Positions 1 through 10,286 of a stretch of DNA of 64,000 bases are shown here, one piece after another (position 1 is the stretch's first letter; each line of letters starts with the position of its first letter). The notes under the pieces were generated by a model that made no database searches, was not told the DNA's origin, and was given only the letters and a program-made list of their open reading frames with translations. Where the stretch lies: assembly GCA_965215185.1 (NCBI GenBank), contig OZ244034.1, positions 2,656,001 to 2,720,000 of the forward strand, in the 5' to 3' direction. Made by a program: the position numbers and the translations under genes. The DNA is from Acidimicrobiia bacterium. Lineage in GTDB: Bacteria > Actinomycetota > Acidimicrobiia > Spongiisociales > ZC4RG35.

Positions 1-884
1 ATCACGCCTGGTGGTATGGATATCGTGGCGGGATTTCTCACTTCGCCCTCTCGGCGATCGACCTGGCCCTGTGGGACCTGAAGGGAAAGGACCTGGGCCA
101 GTCGGTTCTCAGGATGCTGGGCGGCGCCGCCCGAGAGTCGCTGCCGGCCATTGCCAGCACCCACGCCTTTCTAACCATGGACGAGGAGATCGATAAACAC
201 GGCCGGTGGGTGCAGGAAGACGGTTACCGGGGGGTGAAGATCGGATTGGGCAAGGCGGGGATAACCCGCCTGGGTTTCGATGCCAAACGGGACATCGAAT
301 TCATGCGCCGGCTCCGGGAGGCGGTGGGTCCCGATGCCTGGATCATGCTGGACCGCGGTGTCAAGTGCACCTGGGACCTGGAACACGCCATCCGACTGAT
401 CCGCAAATTCGAGGAGTACGGGTTGCGGTGGATGGAGGAGCCGTTCGAGCCCCGTGAGTTCATCAACTACAAGAAACTCCGAGGCGCCGTGAACACCATG
501 CTGGCGTGGGGAGAGCGGGAGTGGGACGAATACGGCTACCGCGAGGTGATCGGCACCGGCACCGCCGACGTGGTGGGAGTCGACCCCGGTCGCGTCGGGG
601 GGATCACCGGCGCCCTGCGGATCATTCGCCTGGTGGAAGACGCAGGAGTGTGGTTCAACGCCCATGCGTGGAGCGGCGCACCGGTGACCGCCGCCAGCCT
701 GGCGCTGTCGTTTACCACGAACCGATGCCTGCTGTTCGAGTTCAAGCCCATCGAGAATCCGATGCAGCATGAACTGGTCACCAACCCCTTCGTCCATGAT
801 CGGGGCACCGTCGGCATCCCCCCGGAGCGACCCGGTCTGGGCATCGACGTGCAGGAGAGCGTCCTCCAGAAGTACAAGTTGTGA
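1..884 (+). CDS. Mandelate racemase/muconate lactonizing (enolase superfamily) enzyme, 5' end outside window
   Basis: Frame open from position 3 (..ALSAIDLALWDLKGK..); metal ligands MLD, WMEEP, WGE; VDPGRVGG/HAW His-Asp dyad; PERPGLGID C-terminus. Confidence 0.9.
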   Translation, partial: HAWWYGYRGGISHFALSAIDLALWDLKGKDLGQSVLRMLGGAARESLPAIASTHAFLTMDEEIDKHGRWVQEDGYRGVKIGLGKAGITRLGFDAKRDIEFMRRLREAVGPDAWIMLDRGVKCTWDLEHAIRLIRKFEEYGLRWMEEPFEPREFINYKKLRGAVNTMLAWGEREWDEYGYREVIGTGTADVVGVDPGRVGGITGALRIIRLVEDAGVWFNAHAWSGAPVTAASLALSFTTNRCLLFEFKPIENPMQHELVTNPFVHDRGTVGIPPERPGLGIDVQESVLQKYKL

Positions 885-932
885 TCATCGATCGCTCCGG
901 TAGTCTCTCCGTGACAGGGAAACCCCTGTCCT

Positions 933-1790
933 TTAACGGTCGGTGCGGTAGGGGTTGAGGAGGTCGGTGAGGGTGTCGCCCAGGAGGGTGAAGACCAGCA
1001 CCGTTATGAATATGGCGCTTCCCGCTCCCAACGCCAGGTAGGGATTGGTGGAGACCAGGGTCTTTCCGGTGAGGAGCATGGCGCCCCAGGACGGGGCGGG
1101 AGGCTGAGCGCCCAGACCCAGGAAACTGAGGGCGGCCTCGGTTAGCACCGCGGTGGCGAAGGTGAGGGTGAACTGCACCATGAGGATCGAGGTGAGGTTG
1201 GGCAGGAGCGACCGCTGCATCAGATAAACGTGACTGGCGCCCAATGCTCGGCCGGCTGTGATGAATTCACTCTCTTTGAGGGAGAGGGCCATTCCTCGCA
1301 CGAGACGGGCGAAGCGGGGGATCTGCACTATCCCGATGGCGATGATGGTATTCCGCAGGTTGGTTCCCAACACCGCCACCATGGCCATGGCCAGGATGAT
1401 GGGAGGGAAAGCCAGCAGGCCGTCGGTGGTGCGCATCATTATGGTGTCGGTGAGCTTGCCGAAGTACCCGCTGACAACGCCCATCGGCACCCCGAATACC
1501 ACCGCGATGGCGGTGGAGGCAAAGCCCACGTACAGTGAGACGCGTGATCCGTGGATGATCCGGCTGAAGATGTCCCTTCCTATCTCGTCGGTGCCCAGCC
1601 AGAACTGTGCGGTAGGCAACTCGAAGGGATAGGCGACCACTTCGGTGGCGCCGTAAGGCGCCAGGAGGTCGGCAAACACCGCCATCAGCACCAGCAGCGC
1701 CACCATGCTGAGCGTGAAGAGGTGAAGGGGATTGCGGGTTATCCTCCTCCAGATCTTGCGTCTCTCCGAGAACATTGCGGCAGAGGTCAT
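933..1790 (-). CDS. Peptide/nickel ABC transporter permease (OppC/DppC-like)
   Basis: WLGTDEIGRDIFSR, EFITAGRALGAS EAA loop, LSFLGLG..PSWG. Confidence 0.92.
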   Translation of the reverse strand: MTSAAMFSERRKIWRRITRNPLHLFTLSMVALLVLMAVFADLLAPYGATEVVAYPFELPTAQFWLGTDEIGRDIFSRIIHGSRVSLYVGFASTAIAVVFGVPMGVVSGYFGKLTDTIMMRTTDGLLAFPPIILAMAMVAVLGTNLRNTIIAIGIVQIPRFARLVRGMALSLKESEFITAGRALGASHVYLMQRSLLPNLTSILMVQFTLTFATAVLTEAALSFLGLGAQPPAPSWGAMLLTGKTLVSTNPYLALGAGSAIFITVLVFTLLGDTLTDLLNPYRTDR

Positions 1791-1812
1791 ATCCGGGTTG
1801 GTCCTTGTGCGC

Positions 1813-2756
<944 letters not shown>

Positions 2757-2760
<4 letters not shown>

Positions 2761-3767
2761 GATCGAGCGCCGGAGTGGTTTTCGGCGCCCGGGTAATGGC
2801 AGGCCACCAAGCTGTCGGCGACAAGCGCCAATGGGGGGTCCTGTTCGACGCAGAGTTGGTCGCCTCGCCAGCACCGGGTTCTGAACCGGCAGCCGGAGGG
2901 CGGATCGAGGGGATTGGGCAGGTCGCCAGCGAGAATTATCCGCTCCTGGGTCTGTCGACCCTGGGCGGCGGAGATGTCGGGGATCGCCGACAGGAGGGCG
3001 ATCGTGTAGGGATGCTGGGGGGAGTTGAAAACCGCGTCCCGGGTGCCTTCTTCCACGATGCGGCCGAGGTACATGACCGCCACGCGATCGGAGACCTGGC
3101 CCACCACGGAGAGATCGTGGGCGATGAACAGATACGCCAGGCCGAGTTCGGTTTGCAGGTCTTCCAGCAAGTTGAGAATCTGGGCCTGGATGGAGACGTC
3201 CAGCGCCGACACCGGTTCGTCCAGCACCAGAAGAGAGGGCTCCAGAGCCAGGGCTCGGGCGATGGCGATCCGCTGTCGCTGCCCGCCGGAGAACTCGTGG
3301 GGGAACCGGCGCAGGGAGTCGGGTGGCAACTGAACCAGGGAGAGCAGTTCCGGGATCTTTTGCCGGGCCACCGCCCGGGAGATGCCATGGATGCGGAAGG
3401 GCTCGTACAGGATCTGCCGGACTCTGAACCGGGGATTGAGGGAGGCGTAGGGATCCTGGAAGACGATCTGCATCTCCTGGCGCAACGGACGCATCTGTTG
3501 GTGGTTGTAGTGGGTGATGTCCTGTCCCGCAAAGTTGACCGTTCCCGCCGCGGGTTCCAGCAGTCGGATGATGGTCCTCCCCAGGGTGGACTTGCCGCAT
3601 CCCGACTCTCCCACCAGCCCCAGAGTCTCACCGGGCTTGATGGACAGGGTGACGTCCTCCACCGCCACCAGGGTGGTGGCCTTCTGGGCGCCGCTGCGGC
3701 GGATGTGGTAACTGGTGGTGATGTCCCGGATATCGAGAATCGGTCTCTGGGCGGTGTCGGTGTTCAT
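2757..3767 (-). CDS. Oligopeptide ABC transporter ATP-binding protein (OppF-like)
   Basis: GESGCGKST, FSGGQRQR, DEPVSALD, HPYT, PPSGCRFRTRC tail; start MNTDTAQ. Confidence 0.92.
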
Positions 3768-4774
3768 GTTGCTCTCTCGGTGAGCCAGGATGCCGCTTCC
3801 TCGGTGAAGTGACAGGCTGCCTGCTGGTCGGTCCCCACCTCCATCAGCCGCGGGGAGTCGGATCGGCAGGCCGAACGCTGCGCTCCGATGGCGCACCGGG
3901 GATGGAAGGGGCACCCCGGGGGGACGTTGGCCATGTCGGGAGGCTGGCCGGGAATGGAGTAGAGTTTCGTCCTCCTTTGCGTGATCGAAGGAATGGAAGC
4001 CAACAGTCCGATCGTGTACGGGTGCCGTGGCCGGGAGAAGATGTCGCCGATGCGCCCTTCCTCCACGATCCGACCGGCGTACATCACTATCACCCGGTCG
4101 GCGATCTGGGAGACCAGTCCCAGGTCGTGGGTGATCAGGATGGAAGCCGCCCCCGTCTCCTCGCGGGCCGCCTTGAGAGTCTCGATCACCTGCGCCTGGA
4201 TGGTCACGTCCAAGGCCGTGGTGGGCTCGTCGGCGATCAGCAGCTTGGGCCGGTTGGCCATGGCCATGGCGATCATGGCGCGCTGGCGCATTCCGCCCGA
4301 ATACTCGTGGGGAAACTGGTTGTAGCGTCGTTCCGGTTGCGGGATCCCCACCATGTCCAGCAATTCGATGCCACGCCGTCTGTGGTTTGACTTCGATTCG
4401 GAAGGATTGTGGGTCCACAGAGCTTCCCGCAGTTGTTCCCCCACCTTGATAACCGGGTTCAGCGAGGTCATGGGATCCTGGAACACCATGGAGATCTCCT
4501 GTCCCCGGATCGAGCGGAGCGCTTCCGTGGACAGGGGCAGCAAGTCCTGCCCTTCGAAGAGAGCCCTTCCACCGGTTATCTCCCCGGGGGGTTTGGGGAT
4601 GAGCCCCAGGATGCTCAGCACCGTCACCGTCTTGCCGGATCCGGACTCGCCGACTATTCCGAGGGTCTCCCCGGTGTTGAGGGAGAAACTCACGCCATTG
4701 ACGGCATTGATCACCTGATCAGGGGTCTTGAACCGGACCGAAAGGTTTTCGACGGTTAGCAACGGAATTGGCAT
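3764..4774 (-). CDS. Oligopeptide ABC transporter ATP-binding protein (OppD-like)
   Basis: GESGSGKT, YSGGMRQR, DEPTTALD, GCPFHPRC. Confidence 0.92.
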   Translation of the reverse strand: MPIPLLTVENLSVRFKTPDQVINAVNGVSFSLNTGETLGIVGESGSGKTVTVLSILGLIPKPPGEITGGRALFEGQDLLPLSTEALRSIRGQEISMVFQDPMTSLNPVIKVGEQLREALWTHNPSESKSNHRRRGIELLDMVGIPQPERRYNQFPHEYSGGMRQRAMIAMAMANRPKLLIADEPTTALDVTIQAQVIETLKAAREETGAASILITHDLGLVSQIADRVIVMYAGRIVEEGRIGDIFSRPRHPYTIGLLASIPSITQRRTKLYSIPGQPPDMANVPPGCPFHPRCAIGAQRSACRSDSPRLMEVGTDQQAACHFTEEAASWLTERAT

Positions 4775-4817
4775 CGAGATAGAAGATACCTTGCTGGGGG
4801 AGGTTTGGGCGGGAGGA

Positions 4818-4857
4818 GAGGAGGGGCGGGGACGCCGAAGCGCCCCCGCCCCTCCTC
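4818..4857 (-). terminator. GC-rich stem-loop after the binding-protein gene (terminator or mRNA-stabilising hairpin)
   Basis: GAGGAGGGGCGGGGACGC-CGAA-GCGCCCCCGCCCCTCCTC near-perfect 18-bp stem. Confidence 0.75.
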
Positions 4858-4875
4858 AGTTTGCGTTAGCGGAAC

Positions 4876-6753
4876 CTAGTTGTCTGTCAGGTAGACGTCG
4901 GTGAGGTACAGGGTTCCTTGAGTATGCGAGATGAAGCCGTGGACGTTGGGACTGTGGGGTATGGGGTTCAATCGCCCTCCGAGGACGATCTGGGGTTGTT
5001 CCTCCATGGCCCACGCCTGCAACTGGTGGATGGCTTCCTTGTACTCGATGTTGGAGGAGATGGATCGGGCACTGGACAGCAGTTCGAAGAACTCGGGCTT
5101 GTGGTCGATCCATCCCATGGTCTCAACGAAGAGTTTGTTGTAGGGATGATTCAGCAAGTCGTACTCGTCCGGCTTGGGCACCATTGCGCACGCGGCCAGG
5201 TCGTACAGGCCAAGCTGGTCAGGGTCATTCGTATGCGTGGGGAGCGTTCTGTCAATATAGGTCGCCACGTCCATGATGTTCAGCTCGATCTGGATGTTCA
5301 AGCCGGTTCTCAGTTGCTCCTGAACGGCCTGGGCCAGCCAGGTGTGCTCGGGGTCAGTATCGCAAACTATCATCTCCCCGCCGTCGAAGCCGTCGGCGTA
5401 CCCCGCACTCTCGAGAACGGCCTTCGCTCCGGCGACGTCAGGAGCGTTGTATGAGGCCGCGTCCGGGTTGAAGAACTGCGCGTTGTTCTCCATGGGGTTG
5501 GAAAGAATCTGCATGTGGCCCAGCAGGGTTCGTTGCAGCGCAGGGCGATCAATCGCCATGCTGGTGGCCTGGCGCACCAACGGATTCGACCAGATGTCCC
5601 TGCGGGTGTTGACGTGGAAGTGATACAGGCCGGTGTTCCCTGATGGAGGACTGGCGATTACGATGCCCGCTTCGCTGAGGGTTGCCAACTCGGCCAACGG
5701 ACCCTGGGCCAGCATGTGGACCTCGCCGGTTCGCATCTGAAGCGACATGACGCTGGTATCAGGAACGGTAACGTACTCGATCCTGTCCAGGTAAGCGTCG
5801 CCCCAGTAGTCGGGGTTGCGCTCTATGACAACCCGTTGGTTTCTCTCCCAGGACACGAACCTGTACGGGCCGGTGCCGGTAGGCGTCTGGTTCAAGTCGA
5901 TGTCCTCGGCAGGCGATATATACACGTCGATCAGCGTGCTGTGCAATATGCGATCCGGCTCTGAGAGTCGAACCTCCACGGTGAGGTCGTCAATCGCTAC
6001 GACTTCTGCGACTCGAGTCAGCAAGGAAGCTGTCCTTCCGGACCCGGGCTCCTGCGCGCGTTCGATTGAGCGAACAACGTCAACGGCGTCCAGATCCGAG
6101 CCGTCGTGAAAAACCACGTCCGGACGAATGCTGAAGACATGCGACAGTCCGTCTTCTGAGACATTCCAATGAGTGGCCAGCAAAGGCCTGATCTCGTAGG
6201 TGTTCAGGTTGAACTCAACCAGGGTTTCATACATGTTGGTGACGACGTTGCGGCCAGCTGTGGATCCGTACCGGTTGGGATGCAATTGGTGTGGATCGGC
6301 CGTTTGGGCGATGATGAGCGTCCCACCACGGGGAATCGTCGCCGCCATGGCGGCCTCTTCCAACTCCATCTCGGCCATGGCGGCTGCCGCCTCGGCTTCG
6401 GCTACCATCGCTTCGGCTTCGGCTGCCATTGCTTCGGCTTCGGCTGCCTTCGCTTCGGCCTCAGCCAATGCTTCCATGGCTGCTTCGTCTCCTTCTTCGG
6501 CGGCCATCTTGGTGTCTTCCAGTTCCGCCATGGCCTCATCCAGGGCAGCTTGTGCTGCGGCAGCGGACGCGGACGCGGACGCGGCTTCGGCTGAGGCGGC
6601 TTCGGCTGCTGCTTCGGCTTCGGCTGCCTGCGCTTCGGCGGCAGCGCGGGCTGCGGCTGCAGCTGCGGTTGCGGCCTCAGCTTCCGAAGTGTCCTCTCCA
6701 CAGGCCGTTGCAACCAAGGCCAGAATGGCCAGCAGTGTGAGAAGTTTCTTCAT
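4876..6753 (-). CDS. ABC transporter substrate-binding lipoprotein (family 5) with long Ala/Glu-rich N-terminal linker
   Basis: MKKLLTLLAILALVATA-C lipobox, AAGGAG RBS, RGGTL..FHDGS..GTGPY..RNPDYWG family-5 motifs. Confidence 0.92.
   Translation of the reverse strand: MKKLLTLLAILALVATACGEDTSEAEAATAAAAAARAAAEAQAAEAEAAAEAASAEAASASASAAAAQAALDEAMAELEDTKMAAEEGDEAAMEALAEAEAKAAEAEAMAAEAEAMVAEAEAAAAMAEMELEEAAMAATIPRGGTLIIAQTADPHQLHPNRYGSTAGRNVVTNMYETLVEFNLNTYEIRPLLATHWNVSEDGLSHVFSIRPDVVFHDGSDLDAVDVVRSIERAQEPGSGRTASLLTRVAEVVAIDDLTVEVRLSEPDRILHSTLIDVYISPAEDIDLNQTPTGTGPYRFVSWERNQRVVIERNPDYWGDAYLDRIEYVTVPDTSVMSLQMRTGEVHMLAQGPLAELATLSEAGIVIASPPSGNTGLYHFHVNTRRDIWSNPLVRQATSMAIDRPALQRTLLGHMQILSNPMENNAQFFNPDAASYNAPDVAGAKAVLESAGYADGFDGGEMIVCDTDPEHTWLAQAVQEQLRTGLNIQIELNIMDVATYIDRTLPTHTNDPDQLGLYDLAACAMVPKPDEYDLLNHPYNKLFVETMGWIDHKPEFFELLSSARSISSNIEYKEAIHQLQAWAMEEQPQIVLGGRLNPIPHSPNVHGFISHTQGTLYLTDVYLTDN
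6344..6680 (-). repeat. Low-complexity Ala/Glu repeat (AEAEAMA-like units) in the binding protein
   Basis: Repeated GCTTCGGCTTCGGCT on + strand; translates as AEAEAKA AEAEAMA AEAEAMV AEAEAAA. Confidence 0.8.
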
Positions 6754-6830
6754 CTTGATCGCTCCTTTGTTGTCAGAGGTGTCCAATGATAAGATCTTTG
6801 AGAGTCAGAATACCCAATATGTAGGTGATG

Positions 6831-6887
6831 TTTCCAGAAAAATGGAAAATAGATTACGAAAGTGGCATTTCCCCAGAAAAAGGGAGA
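6831..6887. promoter_or_regulatory. Candidate operator pair in divergent promoter region
   Basis: Perfect palindrome TTTCCA-GAAAAA-TGGAAA (6831-6848) and degenerate copy TCCCCA-GAAAAA-GGGAGA (6870-6887) in AT-rich intergenic DNA. Confidence 0.6.
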
Positions 6888-6921
6888 TCCGCCAAGGATG
6901 CATACCATGGGAGGGCAAGAG

Positions 6922-7260
6922 ATGTCCGACTTTCTGAAACGTCCCAGACTTCCTGCCGGCATCGATGGTTCCCGCCGCGATCTGTGGGAGGAATTCCGGC
7001 GACAGCCGTTTGGCAAGCACTCTCCTGATCTGCAGGCGCTGCTGGAATACATGCGGGGTGGTCCCATCAGCGGCAAGTACTTCCTGAAGCTGACCGGCCC
7101 TCATTCGGAGTGGACGCTGGCTCGGTTTAGCACCACGTACCCATTGACCACCGAGACTCTGCCCGAGCATGTCTTCACCACCATCGAAGACGCCGAATAC
7201 TTCGTGTTCCGCCGCCGCTGGGAGGAGATGTTCGCCGCCGACCCTGGAGCGGAGTCGTGA
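6922..7260 (+). CDS. N,N-dimethylformamidase small-subunit-like protein
   Basis: EF..PFGKHSPDLQALL..MR and F.TIEDAEYFVFRRRW motifs; GTGA overlap with large subunit. Confidence 0.8.
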   Translation: MSDFLKRPRLPAGIDGSRRDLWEEFRRQPFGKHSPDLQALLEYMRGGPISGKYFLKLTGPHSEWTLARFSTTYPLTTETLPEHVFTTIEDAEYFVFRRRWEEMFAADPGAES

Positions 7261-9491
7261 GCGTCAAGGCCGCGGTCATGGGATATGCGGACCGCCAGAG
7301 CGTGCGGCCGGGAGAGCGCATCGAGTTCAAGGTGAGCGCGCTGGGTCCGGAGACCTACCGGGCGGACATTGTGCGGTTGATCGCGCCGGAAGTGGGTCTG
7401 GGAGACGACTGTCCGGACTTCTGCGAGATCGAACTCGATACCGAGGTCTGCGGTGACTATCCCACGGAGTGGCAGCCCATTCATCCCGGTTCGGCGGTGC
7501 GGGTGCCGCTGCCGGGGGGTCTTCCCCTGGATAAGGGAGTAACCCTCAGCGCCAACATCTTTCCCACCTTGGCCGATGCGGGTCGGCAGGGCATCCTGGG
7601 CACCCACAGTCCCACCGACGATTCGGGCCTCAGCCTGATCCTGGAGGACGGGGCTCTCGCTCTGGCGGTGGGAAGTGGGGGGTCCACGGCCATCGTGACC
7701 AGTTCGATTACCCCGGTGGAGCACCGTTGGACGGCGGTGGCCGTCACCTATGAGCCTGGCGTCGGCACTGTGGAGTTTCATGCTCGGGGACTGGAGGGCC
7801 ATCGCCTGGAAGGTGCGCTGTCATCGCGGGAGAGACATGAAGGAGCGGCGCACGGAGCATCGGGAGGAAGCCACTTTTACATAGGTGCCGCTCGAGCCGT
7901 GGGTGACCGCAGGGTGGAGCACACCACACTCTGTTTCAACGGCCGGATCGAACGGCCCCGGGTCTACGCCCGGCTGCTTGATCATGAAGACATCTCCCGT
8001 CTGTCGGAGGTGGCCGGTCCGGGCGTGGTGGAGGATGCCTATGGAGATTGGGATCTCTCGATCGGAATCGACACCGACTCGGTCACCGACGTGTCTGGCA
8101 ACGGCCACCACGGGGAAACGGTCAACCTGCCCGCCCGCGGTGTAGGTGGCTCCAACTGGGCGGGGGAGACCGACAACTGGCAGCAGAAGACCGAACAGTA
8201 CGGCGCCATCCACTTCCACGACGACGACGTCGATGACGCCCGGTGGCGGACCACCTTCACGCTGGTGGTACCCGAGGACTGGAAGAGCGGATGCTATGCG
8301 GCTCGCCTGCGGGCCGACGACGCCGAGTTCTACGTTCCGTTCGTGGTGCGGCCCGCGCCGGGCAAGGAATCGGATGTGGTGTTGCTGCTGGCCACCGCTA
8401 CCTACGGGGCCTATGCCAACCTGCGGCTGCGGGTCGTCTTCCCATGGAACGAGTTGATCCACGGTCGCTTGACGGTGCTGGACGACACGGATCTGCTGAT
8501 GCTCCGGTTTCCCGAGATCGGCTCCTCCACCTACGACAGCCACACCGACGGGAGCACCGTTGTCTATGCTTCGATGCGGCGACCGGTCACCAATTTCCGC
8601 CCCAAGGGCCGCATCTACAAGTTCTGCCAGGACATGCTGCTGGTCTCCTGGCTCGAGGAGGATGGTGTCGACTACGACGTGATCACCGACGAGGACGTGC
8701 ACCGGGAGGGCCAGTCTGCTCTGACGCCTTATCGGGTGGTCATCTCCAGTTCCCATCCCGAATACATCAGCACCCAGATGTTCGACGCCACCGAAGACCA
8801 TGTCAGGCAGGGAGGGCGGCTTATGTACCTGGGAGGCAACGGCTGGTACTGGCGGATCGCCTATCACCCCACCCGGTCGGGGATTGTCGAGGTTCGTCGA
8901 CCCGATGCTCCCCGGCTGTGGGCGGCTGATGTCAGCCAGGGGCATCTCTCCTTTTCGGGGGAGCGCGCCGGTACCTGGTCGTGGGCGGGACGGCCCCCCA
9001 ACACCTTTCTGGGGGTGTGCTTCATCACTCAGGGCTTTGACGAGTGCTCCTACTACCGTCGCACTCCCGCTTCTCACGATGAGCGGGCTTCTTTCATCTT
9101 CGAAGGTGTTGAGGATGAGATCATCGGCGATTTCGGCCTGTTGCAGGGTGGGGCAGCCGGATACGAGATCGACCGGGCCGACGCTGCGTTGGGCACTCCC
9201 CGGCATGCGCTGGTGTTGGCGTCCTCGGAGGGACACTCCAACCTCTACGACCTGATGGTGACCTCGCTGGTCGACATCCTGCCGCCCAGCAATCCGGACG
9301 ATCCGGACCGGATTCGAGCAGACATGGTGTTCTACGAGTCGCCGGGGGGCGGAGCGGTCTTTTCGGTGGGGTCCATCGCTTGGTCCGGCAGTCTCAGCCA
9401 CGCCCGCTACGGCAACAATGTGGCGGCGGTGAGTCGCAACGTCCTGAACCGGTTCCGGGATCCAGAACCCTTCCGGATGCCCGCCCAGTGA
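7257..9491 (+). CDS. N,N-dimethylformamidase large-subunit family amidohydrolase
   Basis: GYADRQSVRPGE, LamG-like N-region, QYGAIHFHDDD, TYGAYAN, STYDSH.DG, SHPEY, YLGGNG, GAAGYEID, GGAVFSVGSIAW. Confidence 0.9.
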   Translation: MSVKAAVMGYADRQSVRPGERIEFKVSALGPETYRADIVRLIAPEVGLGDDCPDFCEIELDTEVCGDYPTEWQPIHPGSAVRVPLPGGLPLDKGVTLSANIFPTLADAGRQGILGTHSPTDDSGLSLILEDGALALAVGSGGSTAIVTSSITPVEHRWTAVAVTYEPGVGTVEFHARGLEGHRLEGALSSRERHEGAAHGASGGSHFYIGAARAVGDRRVEHTTLCFNGRIERPRVYARLLDHEDISRLSEVAGPGVVEDAYGDWDLSIGIDTDSVTDVSGNGHHGETVNLPARGVGGSNWAGETDNWQQKTEQYGAIHFHDDDVDDARWRTTFTLVVPEDWKSGCYAARLRADDAEFYVPFVVRPAPGKESDVVLLLATATYGAYANLRLRVVFPWNELIHGRLTVLDDTDLLMLRFPEIGSSTYDSHTDGSTVVYASMRRPVTNFRPKGRIYKFCQDMLLVSWLEEDGVDYDVITDEDVHREGQSALTPYRVVISSSHPEYISTQMFDATEDHVRQGGRLMYLGGNGWYWRIAYHPTRSGIVEVRRPDAPRLWAADVSQGHLSFSGERAGTWSWAGRPPNTFLGVCFITQGFDECSYYRRTPASHDERASFIFEGVEDEIIGDFGLLQGGAAGYEIDRADAALGTPRHALVLASSEGHSNLYDLMVTSLVDILPPSNPDDPDRIRADMVFYESPGGGAVFSVGSIAWSGSLSHARYGNNVAAVSRNVLNRFRDPEPFRMPAQ

Positions 9492-10270
9492 CCTCCATCA
9501 AACCGACGGATTGGAGCTTGGGCGCCGGCCTGCGGGATCGGGTGGTGTTGGTGACCGGGGCGGCAAGTGGCATCGGCCGGGCGACCGCCCGGACCATGGC
9601 GGCGCTCGGGGCCCGGGTGGCGGCTTTGGATCGGCAGGAAGCGGTGCGGGACGTGGTGTCGGAACTGGACAACCCCGGCCAACACCTGCCGGTGGTTTTT
9701 GATCTGTCCGATATCGGGTCGTTGTCTTCAATGGTGGCCGATGTGGAGGCGCGCTTGGGCCCTTTGTGGGCGCTTTCTCATGTGGCGGCCTATCTGCGCC
9801 GGAAAGAGTTGAAGGATGTGACTGAGGAGGACTGGGATGCTCAGCTGGACGTGAATTTGAAAGCTTCCTTCTTTCTCAACAAGGCGGTGGGCGAGGCAAT
9901 GATCGCCACCGCCAGGGGGGGCCGGATCATTAACTTCACTTCCGGGGCCTGGCTGACCGGACCGGTGCATGGGAGTCATGCGTATGTGGCCAGCAAGGGG
10001 GGCGTCGTCTCCATGACCCGTGGTTTCGCTCGAGCCTATGGGCCGTACAACATCTTGGTGAACTGCGTCTCGCCCGGTCAGATCGATACTCCCATGCAGC
10101 ATGTGGACAACCCACCGGAGATAGTGGCCGCTGGAACCGCGGCGTGTCCTTTGGGACGGATGGGACGCCCCGGAGAGCTAGCGGCAGTGGTGGCTTTCCT
10201 GGCTTCCGAACATGCCAGTTTCGTGAGCGGCGCTACCATCAATGTCAGCGGCGCGCTGGTCATGTATTAG
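9488..10270 (+). CDS. SDR family oxidoreductase, probably NAD-dependent
   Basis: TGAASGIG, Asp after beta2 (ALDRQ), YVASK, VSPGQIDT; GTGA overlap with upstream gene. Confidence 0.9.
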   Translation: MTSIKPTDWSLGAGLRDRVVLVTGAASGIGRATARTMAALGARVAALDRQEAVRDVVSELDNPGQHLPVVFDLSDIGSLSSMVADVEARLGPLWALSHVAAYLRRKELKDVTEEDWDAQLDVNLKASFFLNKAVGEAMIATARGGRIINFTSGAWLTGPVHGSHAYVASKGGVVSMTRGFARAYGPYNILVNCVSPGQIDTPMQHVDNPPEIVAAGTAACPLGRMGRPGELAAVVAFLASEHASFVSGATINVSGALVMY

Positions 10271-10286
10271 CCGAGTTGGATCGTTT

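Noticed and set aside
7821-9401. Long antisense ORFs (also 60848-62365, 39576-40748, 2775-3812 and similar)
   Set aside because: Shadow frames of well-supported genes in GC-rich DNA, with no motifs of their own.
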